Part shown: in pieces, positions 39,428 through 52,358 of the stretch
Position numbering within the stretch: the first letter of the stretch is position 1
How the letters are laid out: each line of letters begins with the position of its first letter
Assembly: GCA_951406725.2 (NCBI GenBank)
Contig: OX597823.1
Coordinates: 115,692,001-115,756,000 of the forward strand
DNA from: Octopus vulgaris
Taxonomy: Eukaryota
Length of the DNA: 64,000 bases
Direction: 5' to 3'
Notes under the pieces: generated by a model
The model's input: the letters and a program-made list of their open reading frames with translations, nothing else
Database searches by the model: none
What the model was told of the DNA's origin: nothing
Position numbers and translations under genes: made by a program

Positions 39428-42400
39428 CCTTTTAGTGTTTAAACTGGCCAAAACCAGCCAAAATTAATTCCTCCTTATTTGTTCAAACTGGCCAAATCTG
39501 CCCGTATCCTGCTGCTCTACAAAATCGCTAAAAAAAATAAACAAATTACGTTCTTGAATTCTTGTAGCTTTGAGATAATGTAAGATGAAGCATTTCCTGC
39601 CTTTATTCAAGCATAAATACTGTGAAACTGTTTAGACCACAGGGTTTTTTCAATGTCTGAAGAGAAGTCTGTTCCTTAGTTTTTAATGAAATGGTGTCAG
39701 TAAGTAGCGATTCCAACTTTGAAGGTTTTACTCTTGACAATATCATCATCATCATCATCATCATCAGTTAGCGTCTGCTTTTCATGCTAGCATGGGTTGG
39801 ACGGTTCAACTGGGGTCTGGGAAGCCAGAAGGCTGCACCAGGCCCAGTCTGATCTGGCTATGTTTCTACGGCTGAATGCCCTTCCTAATGCCAACCAGTT
39901 CGTGAGTGTAGCGGGTGCTTTTTACATGCCACCGGCACAGGGGCCAGATGAGGCTGGCAAACGGCCATGATCGGATGGTGCGTTTTACGTGCTGGAAACG
40001 AGTATTTTGTCTTCGGACTAATCTGATTTTGATATTAAAGAATATTCATGGGACAAGGAAGATTTTGAGAATGAAAGTGATGAAAATGATATTGTAAACA
40101 TGGCAACATGGTCAAAGATTACAGTAACATTCACTATTCCTGATTTCACAGAAAACACTGGTGCACAACACAATTTACCTCCTGATGCTCAACCATTGGA
40201 CTATCAATTTATATTTTTACCAGAAAGCTTTTTTGAAAATATTATGAAGGAAACAAACAAATATGCACAACGTATAATTTCTATTCATGGACATCCACTA
40301 TGGCAGCCAACTTATATTGCGGAAAAGAGCATTTTTCACAATCAATATTTGGTGTTAAACAGCTTCCTACTGGAGTCGATATAAGGTATGATAATCCATA
40401 TATCTGAAGTATAATGTCAAAGATGAGGTATTCGAAAATATCTCAGTATTTACATTTAATTGATTCTGCAAAAACGACCCAAAATACGACCCCCTATACA
40501 AAGTGCGTCCTGTAATCAATTTACTCCTTAATAGTTATTAAACTGTGTATCTACCTGGGAAAAAATCTCAGTGTAGATGAAGCCATGATAAGGCTATAAG
40601 GGCAGAGTACATTTTCAGCAGTACATGCCTGTCAAACCCACTAAATGGGGGATCAAGGTATGGGAAGTTTGGGAATCAGACACTGGATAGTGTAGACTTC
40701 GATGTTTACACAGGTAATAAATATAATGGAAACAGAAGAAATGGATTGGGACATGATGTAGTATGGTCTCTTACTGAACCATTTCACAATCAGCACTGGC
40801 ATCTCTATTTTGACCGTTTTTTTTCATCAGTGGCTTTGGCAGAAAATCTTGCCCATGTAAGTACTTACCTGTGCAGTACTGTTATGGGTAACCGTAAAGG
40901 TTTACCTTGTGAAATGAAGACAAAATTTAAATAAAAGAAGAGGAGAAATTTTACTAATGCAAACGGAAAACTTATTAGTTACTGCTTTCAAAGACAAAAG
41001 ACAGATTTTATTTCTGTCTACTAATGAACAACTTGGTGTTGGTGCAGAGGGGAAACCCCTAGTGAATATTTGTATAACAAATGTATGAGTGGGGTTGGAA
41101 AATTTGACCAATGTCAGGCATATTACCCAGTTGGTCGACCTGGAAAGAAATGGTGGAGGTATATTTCATGGTTTTAAGTTGATTTAACTATAGTTAATTC
41201 ATATATTGCATATGTAAAAATCCACAAAGTACCTCCGCCACCAAAGGACTACGACCATTTGAAATTTCGGGTTGACATCACATCTCAGTTACACGAGGGC
41301 TTTTCTTCTAGAAAGCTGAGAACTGGGAGAAAAACAAAATTAACTGAGGCAGATGTCAACAGAGAAAATACTGACATTCATAAAGTTGAAAAGATAAATA
41401 GAAGGAAAAAAGTTTGCAGACTGTTCGCTGCAGAAAAGGGAAAACTGCCAAAGTGTATCAGATTGAGATGTGTTCCTTTTGCAAAGTGCCCTTGTGTAAA
41501 GGGTGCTTTGGGCAGTTAACTATTATAATTTTGTAACTACATTATTTTATCAAATAGTCCTTTTCATTTTATTATAAATAATATGTGAAAGTGGGAAATG
41601 CATATTAATTTTCTGTATGTTATACACCTGTATTCACCTTTGTCTCACCTGTTAATGAGCTTTTTTTATTAGATGCATTCTGTTACATAAATGCATTAAA
41701 TTGTATAAGAGTACACAGCCAATGGTATATTGACTTTCAGGAGGCACGTGGCTTAGTAGTTAGGGTGTCAGTACCATGATCGTAAGATTGTGGTTTCGGT
41801 TCCTGGACCGGGTGACTCATTGTGTTCTTGAGCAAGACACTTCATTTCATGTTACTCCAGTCCACTCAGCTGGCAAAAATGAGTAACGCTGCGATGGACT
41901 GGCGTCCCATCCAGCTGGGGAACACATACGCCATGGAAACTGGGAAACCAGGCCCATGAGCCTGGCTACGACCCTTTAAAAGGGAGCATTTATTATTATT
42001 TATTATATTGACTTACACCTATTATTTATAATAAAATGAAACGAATATTTAATAAAATAATACAGTTACAAAATAATTTAGTTATGACATATTTCTGTCC
42101 TAAAACTGCCCAAAGCACCTGTTACACAAGGACACTTTGCAAAAGGAACCCATATACGAAGTCTAAATCTGATACCCTTTTGCTGTCTTTCAATGAAAAT
42201 GTTTGAATGAAATATAGAGAAAGAATAAAATCTTGTACTGATTACACCTGTATTTTAATTCGTTCAAATTAATGTACCTCATCTTGAAAAATGTAAAATT
42301 GTTGTCGGTTGACAATATGGAATAATTTTAGTGACAAACCAAACAAGTAAGATGTATTAAGAATATAAATTTTAGTGTTTCTTCATAATGTTATTGTTTT

Positions 42401-42636
42401 TACACCTGTTAATTAAATTTACCTGCTCATAAAAGTCAAATCTAATCAGAAAGATCAGCTAAAATTATGTAACCACTGGCATATAAGCACCCATTTACAA
42501 AATTTCAAATCTGTATGTAGAAAATTAACAAAGTTACAAACAAATATTGTGGCCACCCCTCTTGAACCTGAATAAACCAAAATTAATGTGAACAGATAAG
42601 CATTACATTTCACAAATTAATCTGAAGACTAAACGG
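39428..42636 (+). mobile_element. Decayed piggyBac (PGBD4-like) transposon with nested insertions
   Basis: TTAA|CCTTTTAGTGTT...AAGACTAAACGG|TTAA (degenerate TIRs, 13/18). Remnant transposase at ~39650-41520: ETNKYA, DPLYKVRP, LSVDEAMI, QYMPVKPTKWGIKVW, LYFDRFFSSV, KWWRYI and a C-terminal Cys cluster. Many stops and frameshifts. Confidence 0.88.
41740..41995 (+). mobile_element. tRNA-headed SINE family C (copy also at 58854-59105; related heads at ~23800 and ~57895)
   Basis: GGAGGCACGTGGCTTAGTNGTTAG head, GTTTCG(A/G)TTCC B-box, GTTCTTGAGCAA(G/A)ACACTT, GATGGACTGGCGTCCCATCCAG, (TTA)n tail. Confidence 0.85.
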
Positions 42637-42856
42637 TTAAAAGAAAGTGACAATGGAAGTTCAGTTCTTATTATGGTCACAGAGCGTTATGGCAGCATTA
42701 TACTGAATATGCTAAGAGTAGTACAGATGGAGAAACCAAAATATTATTGCCTACTAAAATTATAAAACAATTCACTTCTTTAATAAATTTATATAGAAAA
42801 TGGTACAAATTTTAAATGTAGAACAAGAAATTCCTGTGGATTACTGAAAATAAACA

Positions 42857-43262
42857 GGCGTAGGAGTGGCTATGTGGTAAGTAGCTTGCTTACCAGCCAC
42901 ATGGTTCCGGGTTCAGTCCTACTGCGTGGCACCTTGGGCAAGTGTCTTCTACTATAGCCTCGGGCCGACCAAAGCCTTGTGAGTGGATTTGGTAGACGGA
43001 AACTGAAAGAAGACCGTTGTATATATGTATATATATATGCGTGTGTTTGTGTGTCTGTGTTTGTCCCCCCCAACATCACTTGACAACCGATGCTGATGTA
43101 TTTACATTCCTGTAACTTAGCGGTTTGGCAAAAAAGACCGATAGAATAAGTACTAGGCTCACAAAGAATAATTCCTGTGGTCGATTTGCTCGACTAAAGG
43201 CGGTACTCCAGCATGGCCACAGTCAAATGACTGAAACAAGTAAAAGAGTTAAAGAATAAAAG
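42857..43262 (+). mobile_element. SINE family A copy
   Basis: Colinear with 1262-1672. Confidence 0.88.
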
Positions 43263-43985
43263 TACAGTGGTCATCGAAGCATGTAAAATAAGCAAGGAAT
43301 AACTAAACGAATATACTTTCACCAGACGATTCATATTTGAGACCCGTTGTAGTAGACCTGACACATTTGACATTACTTTGCAGACATCTTGTTGGAACCT
43401 TTCCTGACATTTATACCAAAGTTTGTAAGAGACAATCTTGATCATCTCTCAATTATCTATGAAATACAGTAAATAGAAATATCTATGTTACTTCATTTGA
43501 TCTTGTGAACTAATGTAATAATACTCCAAACAAGTGTGGAATAATAAGTATCATTTGCTGTCTAGACTGATTAATTATGAACTGCCAGACTATGGTGTGA
43601 GGTTTATAACAGGTGGAAATCAATTTCTTTTAGAGAATAACTACTTCCTGTTTGGTGACACAGCCAAGCGACCACAGTCAAGCATAGCTAGAGGCAACAC
43701 ATTTGCACCAACTGAGATTAATCTCATTTTGGGATGTCATGGAGTTAGGAAATGTAAGAACAACTGTCACACATATCTGGAAATCTTTTAAGTGGTTATG
43801 TGAAAGGAAACTGGAAAAGGTTCATTGATAATTATCTTATTTCTTGAAGGGAAAAATTTTCATCAGCCAAATGAGTTTTAAAGCCTTATAAACAATATAA
43901 ACTTCACATGTAATTTACTGTTGAGTACAATAATAACAGATTCTACTTGTACAGTTTTATATTTAAGAGATGAGGAATTATGTAC

Positions 43986-44265
43986 ATTATTTACATTTAA
44001 CAGATATTAGTCCTTATCTTGTTTGTTGTTAACACAACGTTTTGTCTGATAGACCCTCCAGCCTTCTTCAGGTGTCTTTGGGAAATTTCGAACCTAAGTT
44101 CTCATTCCTAAGGTAATAATAACAACATCAAAGAATACCTTAGGAATGAGAACCCAGGTTTGAAATTTCCCAAAGACACCCTGTTGAAGGCTACAGGGTA
44201 TATCATCCGAAACGTTGTGTTAACAACAAACAAGATGAGGACAAATATCCGTCAAATGTAAATAA
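43986..44265. repeat. Long inverted repeat (Penelope pseudo-LTR-like) with two degenerate hammerhead motifs
   Basis: Arms ~43986-44114 and ~44135-44265 are reverse complements. Arm consensus: GACAC-CTGAAGA-AGGCTG..CAGCC-GAAA-CG-TT-GTGTT. Confidence 0.75.
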
Positions 44266-44464
44266 GATTCTACTTGTTTTTGTTTATTTTGGTGGTAATG
44301 GTGAGTTAGAAACTGACTCATACTTTAGCCCTTTAGTATTTAAATTGACCATATCCAGCCAAAATATTCTATTCTGTCTTCAAATAAGTCTGTTCTGGCC
44401 TCTCTCACCTACCATATGTCATTTAAAAAACAAACAATCACATCATTGGCTGTGTAAAGTTCAG

Positions 44465-45020
44465 GGAATGTGGAGCGTTGTTATATGGGAAAAGGTTCTC
44501 ATTGAAGATGAAAGGAAGGGTCTATAAGAGTTGAGTGAGAGGTGCAATGGTGTATGGGAGTGAGACATGGTGTCTGAGGGAGAGAGAGAGAGAGAGATGG
44601 TAATTTAGAGAAGGACTGAGAGAGAGCAATGGTGAGAGAAATGTGGAGTGATAAGAGGAGGACTGAGGACTTGATGGGGATGCTGGGGTTGGAGGAATCG
44701 GTGGAATGGTTGGGAAGGGCGAATGGAGTGAGGTGGTATGGGCATGTGTTGAGGAGGGATGAGGAACGTGTTCTGAGGAGGGTGATTGCATTTGAGGTAA
44801 ATGGAGTGTGAAAGTGAGATAGACCGAGGAAAATGTGGAGGGGACAGGTGGAGGAGGAGATTGGGAGGGTTGGCTTGAGAAGGGAGGACACCCAAAACCG
44901 GGAAAGCTGGCGAGATGATGTGAGAGTGCTTGCCATGGCATTGAGGTAGATCCGGCCACCCCATTTAATGGGCACAAAACCCAGATTTAAAACATTGGAT
45001 GATGATGATAATGATGATGA
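44465..45020 (+). mobile_element. RTE-clade LINE 3' end
   Basis: KGRVYKS*VRGAMVYGSETW ... RWYGHVLRRDE ... RPRKMW, ending TTTAAAACATTG(GAT)n. Confidence 0.82.
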
Positions 45021-47998
45021 TATATTTGTATGTATGTATGTATGTATGTATGTATATATATTTATATATATATATATATATACATATACACCATATGAAC
45101 TATGATGTAAAAAATATGAGAAAGATATGGTATATAATTCTTTTTGTACAGGGGTTCCTTGAGACATGTAATATATATTTCTTTACTACCCACAAGGGGC
45201 TAAACAGAGAGGGGACAAACAAGGACAGACAAACGGATTACATCGACCCCAGTGCATAACTAGTACTTAATTTATCGACCCCGAAAGGATGAAAGGCAAA
45301 GTCGACCTCTGCAGAATTTGAACTCAGAACATAACAGCTGACGAAATACGACTATGCATTTCGCCCGGTGTGCTAACATTTCTGCCAGGTCGCCGCCTTC
45401 AAGACATGTAATATATTTTAAGGGTTATACAAGGGTAAAATGGTTGACAAACACTGCTTTAACCTCGCATAACCTTGCACAAAACCACATTCCCTCAATA
45501 CATCTCCTCCCTCTCAATTGAAGGATTTTGTCTTGCAAATTACTTGGCGATCTTATCAGTGCTGGGGCCATGTAAAATGCGGTCATTCCCCTCTGCAAAG
45601 TGGTTGGCATTAAGAAGAGCACCCAATCATAAAAACGATGCTAAAGCAGACAAAGAAGCTTGGTAGTCTTCTGGTTTGCCAGCTTCTGCCAATATGGAAA
45701 AGTGATGTTAAATGATGATGATGACGACGATGATGGGGAGGGGAGGAGGAGGAGGAAATTAAAGAAATATTTATTAAAAGAAAATATCTTTTGAATTTAA
45801 TCGATAATGAAATTCAAAGAGCAAAACAAATTGATGTTGAAGAACTTTGGGGGAAAAAAAAATGTTTAAAATGTTAAACAGTATATTTCAACCTTTAACC
45901 TAAAGAATGCAGAAGTTTTTATAAATATTCATCCAAAACTATCTATATTATTCCGAAACCAAAAGGTGAAAAAGTCATGGAAAAACACCCAATCATTACA
46001 AGCAAAGTATTTTTAAAAAAGACTTTGACAAATACCAAACTACATATAACAACCACAGCTGTAAAAGTCAGTGAATATAACTAAATAAACTTTAAAGTAT
46101 GCAGGTATTTACTAGAAGGTTCTGAATTCCATTTCAAGGAAGGATCTATTTTCAAAACTAAAACTATATCTTTGTTTGTTCTAAAAATTTAATACATATT
46201 TTGGCGTGCAAAAGTTGCAGACACTATTATATATGCCAAACTGGCTTGATCTTATGTAAAAGAGTGACATTATATCACCAACAAATTGGGCAATAAACAA
46301 TAAAAATTCACCTGTGTTAGCATATAGATTATTGGGGAAGACAAACCTTGCCAAATTTTACTATTTTCCCTCTTTGCCCATGAAGTGATTAAAGAACAGA
46401 ACAACAATGTGCTGCGTTTAAATTGGGATATCTTGAGTGATTTAGTAATACTCATTGAAATAATTTAGTGACATTCTTCCTTATTAATGATTATTAAGTA
46501 ACTGGTTCCATGTCATCAAAAATGATGGCTAATTGTAGTATTTTATGTATAAAGAAGGTACATAAATAAGGTGGTGAGCTGGCAGAAATGTTAGCATGCC
46601 GGGTGAAATGCTTAGTGGTATTTTGTCTGCTGTTACCTTCTGAGTTCAAATCCCACCAAGATCAACTTTGCCTTTCATCCTTTCAGGGTCGATAAATTAA
46701 GTACCAGTGAGACACTGGGGTCAATGTAATCGACTTAATCTCTTTGTCTGTCCTTGTTTGTCTCCTCTATGTTTAGCTCCCTGTAGGTAATAAAGAAAGA
46801 AATAAGGTACATAATAATCAGTTACAAACATTTACATACTTCCCTTATACACACACACACACATGTACACATATACACACACAGAGTTGAAATGCTGTTT
46901 GATTTTTCTTTTCAGCATTGAATGTTGACCATCCCACTTCCATTGCACACACACACACACACAAACATTCACATGGCTGCCTTTTACAAACACACACATA
47001 TACTGACGCAGAGTTGAAATGCTGCTTGACTTTTTTCGCCATAGAACTTCCATCATCTCACTACCAAGTTTGCCATTACCCCTTCCATCCTTATTCATCT
47101 ATTATCCCTTTCTTTCTCATTCATATGTTGTGACGGAGAAATACACAAGAGTATTATTACAGTAGACAACATTATGGAAATTGTCTGTGACTATGTTGTT
47201 TTTGAAATTATGTAAAAGAATTTAGTGATCATGAAGATATTCAAGTACGTTACATTCATATTCAAGTACATTTAAAACCTGTGGAAAGTATCCATGACTG
47301 AATTTACTATAAAGCATACTTTGAAATTACACAGAACATTTAATGATTTATCATATTCTAAAATTAAGTAAAAACTTTTAGTGCAGTTTTTGCCTTGTAT
47401 TTTTCCTATAGGATCTGAGTTATGTGGATGTTTTAAAATTTTCAAACACACACACAATCTCACACTCACACACACACACACACACACACACAAAGATATA
47501 CATACATATATATATATATATACTTTATTCGTGGGATCACAAGACTACCAGTGGTTTCATGTTGGAAGGGATATCTCTCACAACATGAAATTAATGGTAG
47601 CCCGATGACCCCACAAATAAAGAATACTTATCCACCAATGTGGTGTTGAGTACTTGTCACTATTTGATATTCACACACATCTTTTATTTTTTATTTGTTA
47701 TTTGTTTCAGTCATTGGACAGTGGCCATACTGGAGCAATGCCTTGAACAACTTGTTTTAGTCAATTCAAGCAACCCTAGCATTTATTTTTTCGTTAAGTC
47801 TGGTATTTATTCTATCAGTTTCTTTTGCCAAACCACTAAGTTACAGGGATATTAACACCAGTTGATGTGGGGGAGGGACAAACCTAGACACAAAGACATA
47901 CACAGATATACATACATACAATGGGCTTCTCTCAGTTTCCACCTACAAGATCCACTCACAAGTCCTATATGCATATATATATATATATATGTACATAC

Positions 47999-48068
<70 letters not shown>

Positions 48069-48673
48069 TGGCTGCCCCCTCATTATTGAGAATGGCCATC
48101 GCATGAAGCTTAATCAATGTTGTTATCGTGCAATGCCTGTGCAAGAAGATTTTTTTTAAAGTGAGGAAAGGCTGTGCACTGAGTCAATCTCACTCACTAA
48201 GCAACAGCATCCATAATCCGAAAAGAAGAACAAGTCAACATCATCGGTAACCACTGAGCCGCAGGATTTATGTCGGAGTTATCCCAGTTACCTGAGTTAC
48301 CTTCTCCTAGAAAGATGCCCTAAAAAAGGCTAAGAGACCTTCACTCCCAATGGTTTAACTGCTCGATTGGGTATTCAATCCAATTATTTCTATGTCCCTG
48401 CGCATGATACAGCCTTAAGACATTTATTGGATGGCCGTTGACTCTCAAGAGTTCCTCCGCCCTTTGACGGATTTTGTTTTTCATCTCGCAGGGTGACCAA
48501 TAAACACCCTCCTCACCAAGCAAGCTTGGTGGGGTTGCCGGTTTAGTCGCTGCCGACCCGACCATGCAACAGGTTGTACTGGGTTATATGTTACCAGTAG
48601 CACTCGAAAGTGACTTGACATATATATATATATATAGGTGCAAGCGTAGTTGTGTGGTAAGAAGCTTGCTTCC

Positions 48674-50148
48674 GCACATGCATCGGTTTATTTGCTGTGT
48701 TGATTTTTGACGAGTCAGATGGAATTTTTTGTGCTGCTTGGCAGCGGTTTGTCACTGGGTGTTATATCGGTAGAAAAGATGTATTCAGACCTTACTAGGT
48801 CTGAGCTGTCCTCAGTGGAGGAGGAGCTCATTAAGGCAGTAAATAGAATGGACGAGCATTTGGAAAGAGTAAAGAGTTTTGCTGAGGCTGCAGAGGTGAA
48901 GAAAAGGCAGGTGGACCTAGCCAGACTGAAGGAGCTGAGTAAGATGATGCAAAATGTGGGCGGTGACATGAAGTTATTACCCCCAAAAAGGGTTATAGAA
49001 AATATGGAAAGGAAGACCATTACTTACAAGGTGTACTCAGCGGAGAGTAGGAAGGTGGAATGGATGGAGATGGAAAAAATTGAAAAAGCGGTGAAAAAAC
49101 TATCGAAGGATATGATGTATATAACTAAAAGAAATAGATATGGGATGGCAGTTGTCCAGTTTAGGACAGTGGAGGAGGCAAAGCGTCTGGCAAGTGCAAC
49201 TGTGAAAATGGAGGAAGTGGTACTTCTACCCACGTACCTTGGAAGAAAGATTTCTAGGGTGAGGTTAGAAGGAATTCTACCCGATATAGAAGTGACTTGG
49301 GTTGTGGCAGCTATCGTCATTGGTAGTGAGGAGGAGGTGGCTGTCCTCAAAGCCACAGAGATGGAGGAAGGAAGATATAGAGGAAAAACGTTGGAAATCA
49401 TCACACAAGCACAAGCGAAGCAGTTGGAGAATTTGGTGGAGACGGTGATGTTGGGAGAAATTTTATGAGAGTATGGGTAGAGGGCAGAGTTCTGTGATGC
49501 TTTAAATGCGGCCAAAAAGGCCACATTAGAGCACACTGCCCTCTACAGAGGAAAATGACAGAAGAAGCGGTGGTAGAGAGAGAGGAGAAAAATGAAGAAG
49601 TACAGATAGATGGAAGGAACGAGGAGGATGAATGGACAGTGAGAGAGAAGAAGAGGAAGAAGAGGAAGAACAGTCAGTGTGATGTGGGACCCCGGACCAA
49701 CTCCATCCCACCCAAGACCACTCAGACCCACCCTCCCCATACAGACACCAAACCCACCCACCCCTCTCCTCACAGCAAAAAAAAAAAGAAGAAAGAACAG
49801 ACACCACAAAATTTACAAGACCCCTCCCCCCGGTGAAAAAATGTTATGTGTACATGGAGGAGAGAGTGTTGTCATCAGCGATGGGGAAAACGGAAAAGGA
49901 AAGACTAGACTAAAGACGATGTAGAACTCAGAGGTGGTGAGTGGAGTTACTCAGTGTGGGGTGAGTAACACATTCTTCATATTCTCATTCCTCAGTTATC
50001 ATTCATATATCATTATTTTAATATTTTGATTTTAATGTTTTTCACGTGTCATTCATAGCATCATATTGTATTTTAATTGCTATATGTCCCCACATGTGTT
50101 GTAGTGTCCCCCACTCTCTAATTCCTTTATGGCCATTTAAAAGAAATA
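48674..50148 (+). mobile_element. ORF1-only non-LTR element (gag-like ORF1 with CCHC knuckle) flanked by TSD
   Basis: 253-aa open frame at 48707-49468. After a frameshift and a TGA comes CFKCGQKGHIRAHC (~49498-49539), then a Lys/Glu-rich tail. A-rich 3' end. TSD AAG(A/G)AGCTTGCTTCC at 48659-48673 and 50149-50163 splits a SINE head. Confidence 0.8.
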
Positions 50149-50438
50149 AAGGAGCTTGCTTCCCAACCACATGGCTCTGGGTTCAGTCCGACTATATGGC
50201 ACCTTGGGCAAGTGTCTTCCACTTGAAGAGATTTGTCTTCCACACAGAGATTTGTGTTTGTCCCACCAGATCATTCAATAACTGGTTTGTTTAAATCTCC
50301 ATGACTTAGTGGTTCAGCAAACGGGATGAACAGAATAAGAGCCAGAATAGGAAAATGATATTGAATTAGATTTGTTCAACTCACACCCTTCAATGGAATG
50401 ACAGGAACAATTAAATGAAAGAAAAAAGAAATATGTAT

Positions 50439-50477
<39 letters not shown>

Positions 50478-50783
50478 GTTTATGTGTGTGTGTGTGTGTG
50501 TAAGGTTTACATATGTCTCTCTGTGTATGTGCGTGTGTGTGTGTGTGTTTAGATTTATATATGTACACGCATGTAATATAGGTGCAATAGTATTGATGAA
50601 AGTAACAGCAAAGCAGTCTAAGTGAAAAAATGTAATTATCAGCTTGATGCTTGGTGAGAAGGAAGGAAGTAGAAATGTCTGTTGTTTTAGACATAAATAA
50701 CTTCGTTAGAAAGTTAGACAGAAGTAAAAGATTCATTAAAAATACGAACACACACACATTCAAAACATTATATATATATACAC

Positions 50784-50943
50784 AGGCAAGGAGTGGCTGT
50801 GTGGTAAGTAGCTTGCTTACCAACCACATGGTTCCAGGTTCAGTCCCACTGCGTGGCATCTTGGGCAAGTGTCTTCTACTATAGCCTCGGGCCAACCAAT
50901 GCCTTGTGAGTGGATTTGGTAGACGGAAACTGAAAGAAGCCCG

Positions 50944-50993
<50 letters not shown>

Positions 50994-51200
50994 ATGTTTG
51001 TGTGTGTGTGTTTGTCCCCCTAGCATTGCTTGACAACCGATGCTGGTGTGTTTACGTCGCCGTCACTTAGCAGTTCGGCAAAAGAGACCGATACAATAAG
51101 TACTGGGCCTACAAAGAATAAGTCCCGGGGTCGATTTGCTCTACTAAAAGGTGGTGCTCCAGCATGGCCACAGTCAAATGACTGAAACAAGTAAAAGAGT
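50784..51200 (+). mobile_element. SINE family A copy
   Basis: Colinear with 1262-1672. Confidence 0.88.
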
Positions 51201-51939
51201 ATATATGTATATATATACACATACTTACATAGGACTGTCTCTCCGTCAGTTATGATGAGGGTTCTAGTTGAGCTGATTGATGGAACAGTCTGCTTGTGAG
51301 ATTAACATGCTAGTGGCTGAGTACTCCTCAGTTCTCAGGGAGATTCAGCATGGCACACAGAATGTCATAAAGCTGGCCCTTTCAACTATAGGTGCAGCTG
51401 ATTTTCCCAACTGAGTGGACTGCATCAATGGGAAATAAAGAATCTTGCTCAAGGACGTAACATGCCACTGGGAATTGAACTCAAAATATTACAATCAGGA
51501 GCTGAATACCATTACTACTAACCCATCTAACTTTACATACATTGATACCTACCTACCTACATACATACATACATACATAGTTTATCATTTAAATATAAAT
51601 GATTATGTCTAGTAATGCAAGTATATGCATAAGAAGACATACGTAAACCATACAAATCTGCACGTGTACATACATATATACATACACAAACACACACATT
51701 CACTCAGATAGATAGATAGAAAGAGAGAGGGAGAGATAGAAGAGAGATACACATTCATATATGTATGTGTATTCACATATTAATATTGACATACATAATT
51801 ATGTTCATGCTACAATGAAATGCTCATGCGTAAGTTCTGTAAAGAGCCTTGTTTTAGAAAGGGCATCCATTCATAGAAGCCAAGCCCAAACCTTAGATAT
51901 AAATGAAACGTGGCCCACTGACGTCTCTAGATGGTCAAT

Positions 51940-52358
51940 ATATTTCTTTATTGCCCACAAGGAGCTAAACATAGAGGGGACAAACAAAGACAGACAAAGG
52001 GATTAAGTCGATTACGTCGACCCCAGTGCGTAACTGGTACTTAATTTATCAACCCCGAAAGGATGAAAAGCAAAGTCGACCTCGGCGGATTTTGAACTCA
52101 GAACGTAACGGCAGACGAAATACCTATTTCTTTACTACCCACAAGGAGCTAAACGTAGAGGTGACAAACAAGGACAGACAAACGGATTAAGTCAATTATA
52201 TCGACCCCAGTGCGTAACTGGTACTTAATTTATCGACCCCGAAAGGATGAAAGGCAAAGAAGACCTCGGCGGAATTTGAACTCAGAACATAACGGCAGAC
52301 GAAATACAGCTATGCATTTCGCCCGACGTGCTACTGATTCTGCCAACTCGCTGCCTTT
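51940..52358 (-). mobile_element. SINE family B tandem dimer (other single copies: 2440-2650, 35997-36207, 45175-45400, 46568-46805, 59198-59345, 60720-60910, 61575-61765)
   Basis: One head followed by two body/tail units on the minus strand. Confidence 0.85.

Noticed and set aside
46270-46455. Minus-strand 61-aa ORF with CAG|GTGAAT donor-like site
   Set aside because: No recognisable homology or clear acceptor; insufficient to call a nested gene.
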